This document shows positions 17,138 to 26,421 of a stretch of DNA of 64,000 nucleotides, in pieces. The translations under genes were made by a program, and so were the position numbers. This DNA is from an uncultured Gammaproteobacteria bacterium (GTDB taxonomy: Bacteria > Patescibacteriota > Microgenomatia > Daviesbacterales > UBA10151). How positions within the stretch are numbered: the stretch's first letter is position 1; every line of letters begins with the position of its first letter. The DNA is taken from positions 7,331 to 71,330 of the forward strand of contig CAZKCV010000004.1 of the NCBI GenBank assembly GCA_964551605.1. Reading direction: 5' to 3'. A model generated the notes under the pieces. That model had not been told where the DNA came from. It did no database searches and saw only the letters and a program-made list of their open reading frames with translations.

Positions 17138-18214
17138 ATGTTTATCCCCAAATACTCTATCACCAATAAAATTCTCAAAGATATCGGTACAGTTGAAGCA
17201 GCCCGGGAAGTGATTATGAATGCGCCTCTGGTACCGGCCTGGGAGGCCAAATTCCGCAAAGAGGCTATGGAGCGGACTGTCCATCACGGTACCCACCTGG
17301 AGGGTAATCCTCTATCACCCGAAGAAGTCAAGGATGTCTTGGAAGGGGAAGAAATAATTGCCCGGGACCGGGATGTCCAGGAGATTATCAATTACAGAAA
17401 TGTCTTAAAATTCATTGACGGCATTCACAGTCAGATTGGCTCTTCCGGCAGTTACAGCTTTACCATTGAAACTATACTGGAGATGCACAGGTTAACTACT
17501 GACAAAATTTTAGCGCCGGAATCTTCCGGCCAATTTAGAATTAGGCAGGTAGTGATCAAGAATACCAAAACCGGCCAGATTTCCTATACTCCGCCGCCGG
17601 CAGTGGAAGTGCCGTATTTGGTGGAAGATTTGGTCAATTGGATCAATTCCGATGAAGGCAGACAGGTCCATCCAATCATCAAGGCCGGGATTATCCATTA
17701 TGAACTGGCTAGGATCCATCCTTTTGTAGACGGTAACGGCCGGGTGGCGAGAGCCGTGGCTACCTTGATTTTGTTTTTAGACGGTTATGACATCCGGAAG
17801 TTTTTCTCTTTTGAAGAATACTTTGATGAAAACCCGATGCAGTATTACTTAACACTACAAGCCGTATCAAACCAGCTCGTTCTGGATACTCATGAGCGTG
17901 ATTTAACACCGTGGCTGGAATACTTTACGGAAGGGGTAGCTATTGAGCTAAACCGGGTGAAGGAAAAAGTACAGCGTATTTCGGTTGATGCCAGGATCAA
18001 GGATAAATTAGGCAAGCAACTGATGTTAAATGAGCGGCAAATGTTGATTATGGAATATATTCATCGGCACAAAGGCTTGTCTAATAAAGAGTTCCGTAAG
18101 ATTTTTCCGGATCATTCTGATGATACGGTTCTTAGAGAACTAAAATTCCTCCGCCAAAAAGGCCTGGTTAAAAAATCCGGCGGCACCAAAAAAGCGGTGT
18201 ATGTCTTAAAGTAA
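17138..18214 (+). CDS. Fic family protein (adenylyltransferase-type) with a C-terminal wHTH
   Basis: HPFVDGNGRVAR matches the Fic motif HPFx[DE]GNGR. Confidence 0.8.
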   Translation: MFIPKYSITNKILKDIGTVEAAREVIMNAPLVPAWEAKFRKEAMERTVHHGTHLEGNPLSPEEVKDVLEGEEIIARDRDVQEIINYRNVLKFIDGIHSQIGSSGSYSFTIETILEMHRLTTDKILAPESSGQFRIRQVVIKNTKTGQISYTPPPAVEVPYLVEDLVNWINSDEGRQVHPIIKAGIIHYELARIHPFVDGNGRVARAVATLILFLDGYDIRKFFSFEEYFDENPMQYYLTLQAVSNQLVLDTHERDLTPWLEYFTEGVAIELNRVKEKVQRISVDARIKDKLGKQLMLNERQMLIMEYIHRHKGLSNKEFRKIFPDHSDDTVLRELKFLRQKGLVKKSGGTKKAVYVLK

Positions 18215-18229
18215 GGAGTTGAGAAGATT

Positions 18230-18625
18230 GTGAGTTCTCATGCTGAACGACGACTAAGTGTATTGGTGGTTGAGGATGACGAGTCGATACGGGATTTGTT
18301 AAGAATAAGCTTAGAAGATGAGGGGTATGAAGTGACTGCTTTTGAAAGACCACCAGAGGTTGAGGCTTATTTATTGCAAGAAGCTGGTGATTCTCCCGAC
18401 ATCATACTGCATGATCTGGGACTGTGGAATTATGACGGAGTGAATTTGATGCAAAGGTTTAAGGAGAGACATCCAAACGCAATACTTATTGCCCTAACTG
18501 CAACTCCAGGTAATTTGCATTTGTCTTGTGATGGGGTAATTAAGAAGCCATTTGATCTTAATGGACTGCTTGATTCAATGAAGTATCTAGTACGGTTAAG
18601 ACTGCATGATCCGGGGTTTGAATAG
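18230..18625 (+). CDS. Stand-alone response-regulator receiver domain protein
   Basis: 131 aa; VLVVEDDESIRDLL..D..L; CheY-like fold with no output domain. Confidence 0.65.
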   Translation: MSSHAERRLSVLVVEDDESIRDLLRISLEDEGYEVTAFERPPEVEAYLLQEAGDSPDIILHDLGLWNYDGVNLMQRFKERHPNAILIALTATPGNLHLSCDGVIKKPFDLNGLLDSMKYLVRLRLHDPGFE

Positions 18626-18638
18626 TTTATAACCAAAT

Positions 18639-18974
18639 TTGCCATCTGGACAAAGCGCTTCTCATAGGGTATATATGTTTCTACGTAACCGGGTTTTTCT
18701 TGTAGGTTCTGTGGTAAATACTGATATGAGATTAGAAATTGAGTCGCATGATGGAGTATTTGCCCCAGCTGAGAAGAGAGCAAGAAGGGTTAAAGCTTAT
18801 AGAATAATAGCTAAGGTGCCCCGTTATGCACGTCTTTTCTTCAAGATCCAGAGGTTATTAGGTGCTTCTTCAGATGCGGATATTCAAGAACATTATCGTA
18901 GAACTGCAGATACGATTGAGAATGGTTATAGACAATATGAAGCAGAAAAAGCAAAAAGTGATGCAGGGGATTAG
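18639..18974 (+). CDS. Hypothetical protein
   Basis: 111-aa ORF with no recognised motif. Confidence 0.25.
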   Translation: MPSGQSASHRVYMFLRNRVFLVGSVVNTDMRLEIESHDGVFAPAEKRARRVKAYRIIAKVPRYARLFFKIQRLLGASSDADIQEHYRRTADTIENGYRQYEAEKAKSDAGD

Positions 18975-19092
18975 ACTGGAAAAGATATTAATGCTGGGTT
19001 AAGGAAATTTATATTCCTCATAAATTGACATTTTGATATTAAGCGCCTTGAGATTAATTGTCCAGTAATAGATTTGTAAGAGATTGCAGTAT

Positions 19093-19950
19093 TTATTTTG
19101 GTCTTGGTTGGAATGGAACCCGTTCCACAGTGATCTTCCCATTGTTTTGAGGACCTCTTTTTATAATACCTACTGTATTGCTGCCTTTTTCTTTAAAGGC
19201 GACCATATTTCTGCCGGCCTCTTTTGCTCCATACATAGCTGTGTCTGCCTCACGCATAATTCTTGTCGCTGTTTCCTGTACAACTTCATCGACTATTTGC
19301 CTATTTTTTGCATGGTCGTTTGGGTCTAAAGAAGCAAGCAGGGGGATCTCTCGAGGGTCAAAAGAGCTTACGCCTGAAGTGATTTCAATTTTAATATCCT
19401 CTCCACCAAAATGGGTAGTAGCTCCCTCTATATTTCTTCTTTGCCTTTCTGCTATACTAATTGCGGTATCTAAATCTACCGGTGTGATGGTTACGAATTC
19501 CTCTCCGCCATACCGAAAAACTCTATCGGACCCTCTTTTTGTACTATTTTCTAGAATTTTGGCAACATTTTTTAATACTGCATCCCCTGCTTGGTGATCA
19601 GTGTACTTATTATTAAAATCTCTAAAATGGTCTATATCATTCATAATGTAAGAAAATGGTCGGCCTGTACTAATTGAAGTTTCTATCGCTTTTACAATCT
19701 CTTCGTCATATGCTCTTTTGTTTCCTAATTCGGTTAAAGCATCAATTCGAGAGTTTTTTTCTGCTTCGGCTTTTTCTGCTTCTAGCTTTGCTTCTTTAGC
19801 ATCTCTTCTTTGTTCTTCTAAAGTAAGCTCTTCAGCCAGCTTTTCAGGAGGCGTAGTTCGGATCCTTTCCAAATAATGTTGCACCAGTTTAGGATCCGGT
19901 TTATTTTCAATAGCTTCTTCTGTGATTGTCCCTTTGTTTGTTTCAGGCAT
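19093..19950 (-). CDS. GGDEF-domain diguanylate cyclase with an N-terminal coiled coil
   Basis: RYGGEEF active-site motif with a DxLT region; the N-terminus is rich in E/K/A heptads. Confidence 0.8.
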   Translation of the reverse strand: MPETNKGTITEEAIENKPDPKLVQHYLERIRTTPPEKLAEELTLEEQRRDAKEAKLEAEKAEAEKNSRIDALTELGNKRAYDEEIVKAIETSISTGRPFSYIMNDIDHFRDFNNKYTDHQAGDAVLKNVAKILENSTKRGSDRVFRYGGEEFVTITPVDLDTAISIAERQRRNIEGATTHFGGEDIKIEITSGVSSFDPREIPLLASLDPNDHAKNRQIVDEVVQETATRIMREADTAMYGAKEAGRNMVAFKEKGSNTVGIIKRGPQNNGKITVERVPFQPRPK

Positions 19951-20107
19951 GCTTGTATTTTACAATATTCTCTGAATCTATTACAATCCAGATGCTGTCA
20001 TTGCGATCCGGCTCTGCCGGAGAAGCAATCTTGGTAGGATGATTTCCTGACCTAGATTGCCGCGTCGCTCACTTTGTTCGCTCCTCGCAATGACGAAATA
20101 AATCAAT

Positions 20108-21886
20108 ATGTTATTTTCTAAACTTGCACAGTATTTTGAAAAGTTGGAACAAACTTCCTCCCGTTTGGCTTTAATTGATATCTTGGCAGAATTGTTTGCA
20201 GAGGTGAATTTCAATGAGATTGGGCATGTGGCTTATTTAATTCAAGGCCGGGTAGCCCCGTTTTTTGAGCCCTTAGAAATAGGCATGAGCGAGAAGCTGG
20301 TAGCACACTCTATTGCCCGGGCTTATGAAGCGGAAAGAGCAGAAGTCTTAAAAGAGTACGGTAAAGTTGGGGATCTGGGGATAGTGGCTGAACGTCATTC
20401 TGGTAAGCGAAGCGCATCCAGAATCGATTCTGGACAAGTCCTTCGATCCCGAGGTCCTCAGGACCAAGGGGCCAGAATGACAGTTAATGAAGTTTTTGAA
20501 ACCTTAAGAGGGATAGCTAAGACAAGCGGTGAGGGCACAGTAGAAAAAAAGGTCTCTGCTTTAGCCGGGCTGCTTAAAAAGATGGATGATTTATCTGCCA
20601 AACACTTAGTCAGGATTCCTTTAGGGGTTTCCAGGTTAGGGGTAGGGGATCCGACTATTTTAGATGCTTTTGCCAAATTAAAACTGGGAGACAAAAGTAA
20701 AAGGAAGAGACTGGAAGGAGCATATAACCGGACTTCCGATCTAGGTTTAATCGGAGAAACTTTATGGAAAGGGGGGCTTCCCGGGGTAGAAAAACTAAAT
20801 GTGACAGTAGGCAGGCCAATCAGATCCCAGCTGGCAGAGCGGCTGCCGACTGCTGAAAAAGTGATTGAAAAGCTGGGAATGGTAAATTCTCAAAGGAAAT
20901 TGGATGGTTTCCGGGTTCAAGTGCACAAAGATGGGGACAGTGTCAGGCTATTTTCCCGGAATCTGGAAGAAACGACTCCGATGTTTCCGGAAATTGTGGA
21001 AGGGACCAAAAAACAAATTAAAGCCAAAACCGCCATTTTGGATTGCGAGGCAATTGGTTTTAACCCGGCTTCTGAGGAGTTTCTGCCTTTCCAGGAGACC
21101 ACCCAGCGGCGGCGAAAATACGGCATTGCAGAAATGGCAATAAAAATCCCTCTGAAGGCTTTTTGTTTTGATATTTTGTATAAGGATGGTAAATCTCTGA
21201 TTGAGTTGGAGCTTAAAGAAAGGTTGAAAATACTGGAGCAAACCATTAAGGCAGGGGATGTGTTGATGGTAGAAAAGGGGGAAATGGTAAGTGATGTCAA
21301 AAGATTACAAATCCTGCTTGATGATTCTATTTCCAAAGGGTTAGAGGGTTTGGTGGTTAAGCGGCCGGATTCAAAATATGAAGCCGGAGCCAGAAATTTT
21401 AATTGGGTAAAACTAAAAAGACATTCGGCAGGGGAGCTTAAAGATACGATTGATTGCGTGATTTTGGGATATATTTTCGGCCGGGGGAAGAGGGCGGAGT
21501 TTGGAGCAGGGTCTCTCTTGGTGGGAATTTATGACAGCGTGAAAGATGAGTTTGTGACAGTATCCAAGATTGGTACCGGTTTAACTGATGAGGAATGGAG
21601 GGAAATTCACAAGCGGGCGGATAAAATAAAGGTGGATCACAAACCGGCCAGGGTTAATTCAATTTTAAATCCCAGTGTTTGGATTAAGCCGGAGATTGTG
21701 ATTGAAGTTCTGGCAGACGAGATTACCCGGTCGCCAGTGCATACGGCCGGAAAAGAGGCTTCAGAGCCCGGCTATGCCCTCAGATTCCCCAGATTGGTTA
21801 AGTTCAGGGAAGCTGATAAGCAGGCAGAAGATGCTACGACTGTGAAAGAACTGGTCGAAATGTATAAGCTGCAGTATAAGAAATAA
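20108..21886 (+). CDS. lig: ATP-dependent DNA ligase (archaeal/eukaryotic type)
   Basis: KLDGFR adenylation motif I, EGLVVK motif and a DSKYEAG..W.KLK motif; 592 aa. Contains the in-frame palindromic insert GKRSASRIDSG. Confidence 0.8.
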   Translation: MLFSKLAQYFEKLEQTSSRLALIDILAELFAEVNFNEIGHVAYLIQGRVAPFFEPLEIGMSEKLVAHSIARAYEAERAEVLKEYGKVGDLGIVAERHSGKRSASRIDSGQVLRSRGPQDQGARMTVNEVFETLRGIAKTSGEGTVEKKVSALAGLLKKMDDLSAKHLVRIPLGVSRLGVGDPTILDAFAKLKLGDKSKRKRLEGAYNRTSDLGLIGETLWKGGLPGVEKLNVTVGRPIRSQLAERLPTAEKVIEKLGMVNSQRKLDGFRVQVHKDGDSVRLFSRNLEETTPMFPEIVEGTKKQIKAKTAILDCEAIGFNPASEEFLPFQETTQRRRKYGIAEMAIKIPLKAFCFDILYKDGKSLIELELKERLKILEQTIKAGDVLMVEKGEMVSDVKRLQILLDDSISKGLEGLVVKRPDSKYEAGARNFNWVKLKRHSAGELKDTIDCVILGYIFGRGKRAEFGAGSLLVGIYDSVKDEFVTVSKIGTGLTDEEWREIHKRADKIKVDHKPARVNSILNPSVWIKPEIVIEVLADEITRSPVHTAGKEASEPGYALRFPRLVKFREADKQAEDATTVKELVEMYKLQYKK

Positions 21887-22032
21887 AGCGGCTCGTCTGG
21901 CCGCAAAAAATCGCTCGCACGGTAGAGACTTGCTCGCTTGTGAGAATTTTGTGGATAGCTTAATACAGAATCATTAAGCCTGTCAGCACAAAATCCTCAA
22001 CATTTTTTGGCTGGCCTAAGACTTCGCCGCTT
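21886..22032 (+). ncRNA. Conserved ~147-nt structured intergenic element, copy 1 (candidate cis-regulatory or small RNA)
   Basis: Three nested helices: aagCggc/gccGctt, caaaaaat/attttttg and attttgtg/cacaaaat. Copy 2 has a compensatory change in the outer helix. Confidence 0.35.
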
Positions 22033-22057
22033 TTAGAGAATATGGTAGAATGCAGGC

Positions 22058-23389
22058 ATGGGCTATGTAGCTGATTTGCATATCCACTCCAGGTACTCCC
22101 GGGCCTGCTCACCGCAATTAAATGTGCCTAATCTGGTGGAATGGGGGAAACTTAAAGGGATTGATGTTTTGGGGACAGGGGACTGCTTGCACCCTCTTTG
22201 GTTTACCGAGCTAAAAAGCCAATTAAAAGAAAATGAGACAGGATTTTTAAGTTACGATAAAGACCCTGCAGTTAAATTTGTTTTGACAGTGGAAGTGGCC
22301 TCGATTTATTCGCATAAAGGGGCAGTCCGCAGGATCCATAATGTGATTATGCTGTCTTCGTTTGAATCAGTGGAGAAGTTACAAAAGGTCTTATTGGCCA
22401 GGCGGGCCAATCTTTCCTCTGACGGCCGGCCGATTGTAGGGATTCCCTCTAAAGAATTGCTCAGGATGTGCCTGGAAATAGATAAAAATGTGATCTTTAT
22501 GCCGGCCCATGCCTGGACGCCCTGGTTTGGCATTTTTGGTTCCCAATCAGGCTATGACAGCCTGCAGGATTGCTTTGAAGATTTAACAGAATATATTTAT
22601 GGTGTTGAAACCGGATTAAGCTCTGACCCGGCCATGAATTGGCGGATTAAGGAATTGGATAACCGCTCAATTATCTCTTGCTCTGATGCCCATTCTTTGC
22701 CTAATTTAGGCAGGGAGGCAACGGTTTTTGGGGGAAGTTTGGAAGATGGGTACGAAAGTTTATGGAAAGCTATTTCAAACAAGATTGCCACGTCGCCTTC
22801 GGCTCCTCGCAATGACGGAGTAGTGGGCACAATTGAGTTTTATCCGGAAGAGGGTAAATATCACTACACCGGCCACCGCAGTTGTAATGTGAAGTATTCG
22901 CCGGAAGATACAAAGGCTAAGGGAACTAAATGTCCGGTTTGCGGCAGGGGATTAACAGTGGGAGTAATGGAAAGAGTAGAAGAGATCGCTTCGCGATCGA
23001 GTGCAGAGTTAAGAGTTAAGAATGTGGAAGGAATGATAAAGAGCGACGAATTTTCTGACAGAGCAGGGTACAAAATGTTAGTGCCGCTTTTGCAGGTGAT
23101 TGCAGAAGCTTTGGGGACTGCCCCGACAACCCAAAAGGTTTTAACTGAATATAAAAAGTTAACAACTGCATTAGGCAGTGAAATTAAGATTTTAACTAAA
23201 GTTGATATTGGAGAGATTGCCAAAGTTTCCGGTTCAAGGGTGGCAGAAGGGGTAGATAAAGTGAGAAAGGGGGATTTGGTGATTGATCCTGGCTATGACG
23301 GGGTGTACGGGGTAGTAAAGATTTGGGATCATGGGAAGGAAACTGTCAAAGAGGCAGAGGAGGTTCCCCAGTTGGGGTTGTTTGATTAG
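22058..23389 (+). CDS. PHP-domain protein of the endonuclease Q-like (TIGR00375-like) family with a C-terminal Zn ribbon
   Basis: N-terminus ADLHIHSRYS..GTGD (PHP metal-binding) and C..CPVCGRG; 443 aa. Confidence 0.5.
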   Translation: MGYVADLHIHSRYSRACSPQLNVPNLVEWGKLKGIDVLGTGDCLHPLWFTELKSQLKENETGFLSYDKDPAVKFVLTVEVASIYSHKGAVRRIHNVIMLSSFESVEKLQKVLLARRANLSSDGRPIVGIPSKELLRMCLEIDKNVIFMPAHAWTPWFGIFGSQSGYDSLQDCFEDLTEYIYGVETGLSSDPAMNWRIKELDNRSIISCSDAHSLPNLGREATVFGGSLEDGYESLWKAISNKIATSPSAPRNDGVVGTIEFYPEEGKYHYTGHRSCNVKYSPEDTKAKGTKCPVCGRGLTVGVMERVEEIASRSSAELRVKNVEGMIKSDEFSDRAGYKMLVPLLQVIAEALGTAPTTQKVLTEYKKLTTALGSEIKILTKVDIGEIAKVSGSRVAEGVDKVRKGDLVIDPGYDGVYGVVKIWDHGKETVKEAEEVPQLGLFD

Positions 23390-23393
23390 TTTA

Positions 23394-23539
23394 AGTGGCT
23401 CGTCACAGTACAAAAAATCGCTCGCACGGTTGGGACTTGCTCTCTTGTGAGTATTTTGTGAATAGCAGTTGACTTTTATCATTAGGATATTCAGCACAAA
23501 ATCCTCAACATTTTTTGTTACTTTGTGACTTCGCCACTT
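23394..23539 (+). ncRNA. Conserved ~146-nt structured intergenic element, copy 2
   Basis: About 80% identical to copy 1. The outer helix aagTggc/gccActt covaries with copy 1; the inner helices are identical. Confidence 0.35.
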
Positions 23540-23552
23540 CTGAATCAATAGT

Positions 23553-24188
23553 ATGAAGATTTTTAGGGATCGTATTGCAGCCGGCGGATTGTTGGCCAAT
23601 AGACTAAAAGATATAAAAGCTGATTTAGTTCTGGGTATTCCCAGGGGTGGGGTAGTGGTGGCAGCGGCAGTGGCTAAAGAATTGAATCTACCTTTGGATA
23701 TTGTAGTGACCAGGAAAATCGGTGCCCCCGGCCAGGAAGAGCTGGCTTTGGGGGCAGTGGATCGGGATGGGGTGGTAGTGTGGGAGGAGAGGTTATTAGG
23801 AGAATTAGGGATAAAGATTGAGGATTTAAGAGAAAAGGTGGAAATAGAGCTGGCAGAGATAAAAAGAAGAGAGGAATTGTACCGGGGTAAGCGGGGAAAT
23901 CTGGAGGTTCTGGGGAAAACAGTGATTCTGGTAGATGACGGGATAGCCACCGGGGCCACTGCTTTAGCTGCCATTAACTTCTTAAGAAGGCATGGGGTCA
24001 GGAAGATGGTGGTTGCAGCCCCTGTGGCTAGCCAGGAGGCAGCCGGCAGGATAACCAGGGAATTAGGGGAAGTAGGGGAAATGATGGTTTTGGAAACACC
24101 GGGATATTTCCGGGCAGTAGGGCAATTTTACCATCAATTCGAGGTGGTAACGGATGAAGAGGTGGTACAATTGTTGGATGGAAGATGA
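23553..24188 (+). CDS. Phosphoribosyltransferase (type I PRTase fold)
   Basis: VILVDDGIATGAT PRPP-binding motif; 211 aa. Confidence 0.7.
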   Translation: MKIFRDRIAAGGLLANRLKDIKADLVLGIPRGGVVVAAAVAKELNLPLDIVVTRKIGAPGQEELALGAVDRDGVVVWEERLLGELGIKIEDLREKVEIELAEIKRREELYRGKRGNLEVLGKTVILVDDGIATGATALAAINFLRRHGVRKMVVAAPVASQEAAGRITRELGEVGEMMVLETPGYFRAVGQFYHQFEVVTDEEVVQLLDGR

Positions 24189-24957
24189 TTTCTTAAACAT
24201 AGCAAAGCAGGCAGCTTTAGAAGCCGGGGAAGTAATAAAAAAATATTCCGGCAAGTTAAGTCAGAAGAATATCAAACATGAAGATCCGGTCGATTATGCC
24301 ACTGAAGCAGATCTGGCCGCCGAAAAAGCCATTGTTAAAATCTTGACTGCTAATTTTCCGGACCATAATTTAATAGCCGAGGAAGCAGCCAGGATTGATA
24401 AAGAATCCGACTTTACCTGGTTAATAGATCCGATGGACGGCAGTATTTCTTTTGGTTCCGGCATCCCGTATTTTTCCGTTTCCATTGGTTTGTTGAAAAA
24501 AGGCGAGCCGTTGCTGGGAGTAGTATACAATGTCAGTTTCAACCAGTTGTATTGGGCAAAGAAAGGCGGGGGGGCATACTTAAACGGGAGGATGCTCCGT
24601 GTCAGTCAGAAAAAGACTTTGGCTGAATCAGTCGGAGTATTGGACTTCGGGCATAATGTCAAAAGGCAATATAAATTAGATCTTTATATCAATAAAGTCA
24701 TTACCAAAATTGGCTATATTTATTCTTTCGGGTCAGCAGCAGCTTCTTTAGGTTTAGTAGCAGACGGCACTCTGGATTTGTACCTCAACCATGCCTATCC
24801 TTGGGATTTTGCCGGAGGGCTGATTATTGTCAGGGAGGCCGGAGGGATGGTTACTGACTTTGAAGGTCAGGAGCCGGATTGGACTAAAGAGCGGATGAAT
24901 ATTTTAGCTTCAAACGGGTTGGTGCATGAAGAGATTCTGGGGGCGCTCAGGAAATGA
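24178..24957 (+). CDS. Inositol monophosphatase family protein
   Basis: WLIDPMDGS and WDFAGG motifs; start set at the internal ATG overlapping the PRTase stop. Confidence 0.7.
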   Translation: MEDDFLNIAKQAALEAGEVIKKYSGKLSQKNIKHEDPVDYATEADLAAEKAIVKILTANFPDHNLIAEEAARIDKESDFTWLIDPMDGSISFGSGIPYFSVSIGLLKKGEPLLGVVYNVSFNQLYWAKKGGGAYLNGRMLRVSQKKTLAESVGVLDFGHNVKRQYKLDLYINKVITKIGYIYSFGSAAASLGLVADGTLDLYLNHAYPWDFAGGLIIVREAGGMVTDFEGQEPDWTKERMNILASNGLVHEEILGALRK

Positions 24958-25544
24958 AATTGATAGTCGGGCTGGGAAATCCGGGAGATAAGCGAAGCTT
25001 GCGATCTGGCGATCTTAAATATGCCGGTACCAGGCATAATTTAGGGTTTGCTGTGGTGGACAAGTTAGGGGAAAGGGTTAAGAGGGAAGGGGGAAGCTGG
25101 AGAAATGAAGAAAAATTTAAGTCTGAGATTTTAGACTTTACCCTTAACGCTTCCCGCTTTACCCTTGTTAAGCCACAGACTTATATGAACAATTCCGGCA
25201 TGGCTGTTAAGTTGCTGGCTAATTATTATAAAATCGCACCGGAAGATATCATTATTATTCATGATGAGCTGGATTTGCCTTTAGGAAAAATTAAGGTTAG
25301 GAAGGGTGGGGCAGCGGCCGGACACCATGGAGTGGAATCAATTATTGCGTCTTTGGGAACAGATCAATTTTTAAGAGTGAGATTAGGTATTGGCCCGGCA
25401 GTCGGAATAGTGGAAAAATTTGTCCTGGAACCTTTCGGCTCAAAAGAAAAACCTGCAGTTAAACATCTGATCAAGCAGGCACTAAAAGCTATTGATTTAC
25501 TTTTGGAAAAAGGTTTAGAAAAAGCCCAAAATCAATATAACTGA
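24954..25544 (+). CDS. pth: Peptidyl-tRNA hydrolase
   Basis: LIVGLGNPG..Y..TRHN and HDELDLP motifs. The CDS carries a family-B palindrome (24989-25020) and a family-A G-rich inverted pair (25068-25167) in frame. Confidence 0.85.
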   Translation: MKLIVGLGNPGDKRSLRSGDLKYAGTRHNLGFAVVDKLGERVKREGGSWRNEEKFKSEILDFTLNASRFTLVKPQTYMNNSGMAVKLLANYYKIAPEDIIIIHDELDLPLGKIKVRKGGAAAGHHGVESIIASLGTDQFLRVRLGIGPAVGIVEKFVLEPFGSKEKPAVKHLIKQALKAIDLLLEKGLEKAQNQYN

Positions 25545-25583
25545 TGCTATTGACAGCGGGTTATTTTCTCTCTAGACTGTACA

Positions 25584-26339
25584 ATGATGGATCAAGCTAA
25601 CTCCTTTTTAACTATTCCCAGGGCGATTATTTTGGGATCAGTTATGATCTCTATTGCCATTTTGCTAAGCGGCGGGATTATTAAAATTGCCCCCAAGACA
25701 GCCGGTAATAAGGTAGCAGCGCCGGTTGCTTCACCGGCGGCTCTTCCAGCTCTCCAGCAGCCCACCACCGCTACAGTCTCGGTAGATGATGACCCGGTCT
25801 TAGGGAGCAAAGATGCGCCGGTAACTTTAATAGAGTTTTCCGATTATGAATGCCCGTTTTGCAAAAGGCATTTTGACCAGGTTTATCCGGACTTAAAGAA
25901 AGATTATATTGATACCGGTAAGGTCAAAATGGTGTTCCGGGATTATCCATTGCCTTTTCATGATCCGATGGCTACTTTTGAAGCTAAAGCTGCTAATTGC
26001 GCCGGAGAGCAGGGTGGAGATGAGGCTTACTTTAAATTCCATGATGCCATCTTTACCAAAACCAAATCAAATGGTAATGGTTTAACCAAGGATGAGGTTT
26101 ATCAGATGGCTGCTGATTTAGGCTTAAACCGAGCTAATCTCAAAGCCTGTGCAGATTCAGATAAATATGAGGAAGAGATTAAAAAAGACCTGGCTGACGG
26201 CGGCGCAGCCGGAGTTTCCGGTACTCCCACTTTCGTTATCGGCAAATCCGATCCTTCAGGTACTATTACCGGCAGTGTGGTAGTGGGTGCACAGCCTTAT
26301 TCTGCTTTCCCGGCTGTGCTAGATCCGCTTCTTAATTAA
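25584..26339 (+). CDS. DsbA-family thiol:disulfide oxidoreductase, membrane-anchored
   Basis: N-terminal TM helix; CPFC thioredoxin-fold active site in FSDYECPFCKRH. Confidence 0.65.
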   Translation: MMDQANSFLTIPRAIILGSVMISIAILLSGGIIKIAPKTAGNKVAAPVASPAALPALQQPTTATVSVDDDPVLGSKDAPVTLIEFSDYECPFCKRHFDQVYPDLKKDYIDTGKVKMVFRDYPLPFHDPMATFEAKAANCAGEQGGDEAYFKFHDAIFTKTKSNGNGLTKDEVYQMAADLGLNRANLKACADSDKYEEEIKKDLADGGAAGVSGTPTFVIGKSDPSGTITGSVVVGAQPYSAFPAVLDPLLN

Positions 26340-26421
26340 TTCTTACCAAATTCTCTTGTTTCTTTGACCATCATCACTAATACTTAAATAAGTTTTATTC
26401 CTTAAGAAGGGAGGTGAGAAG

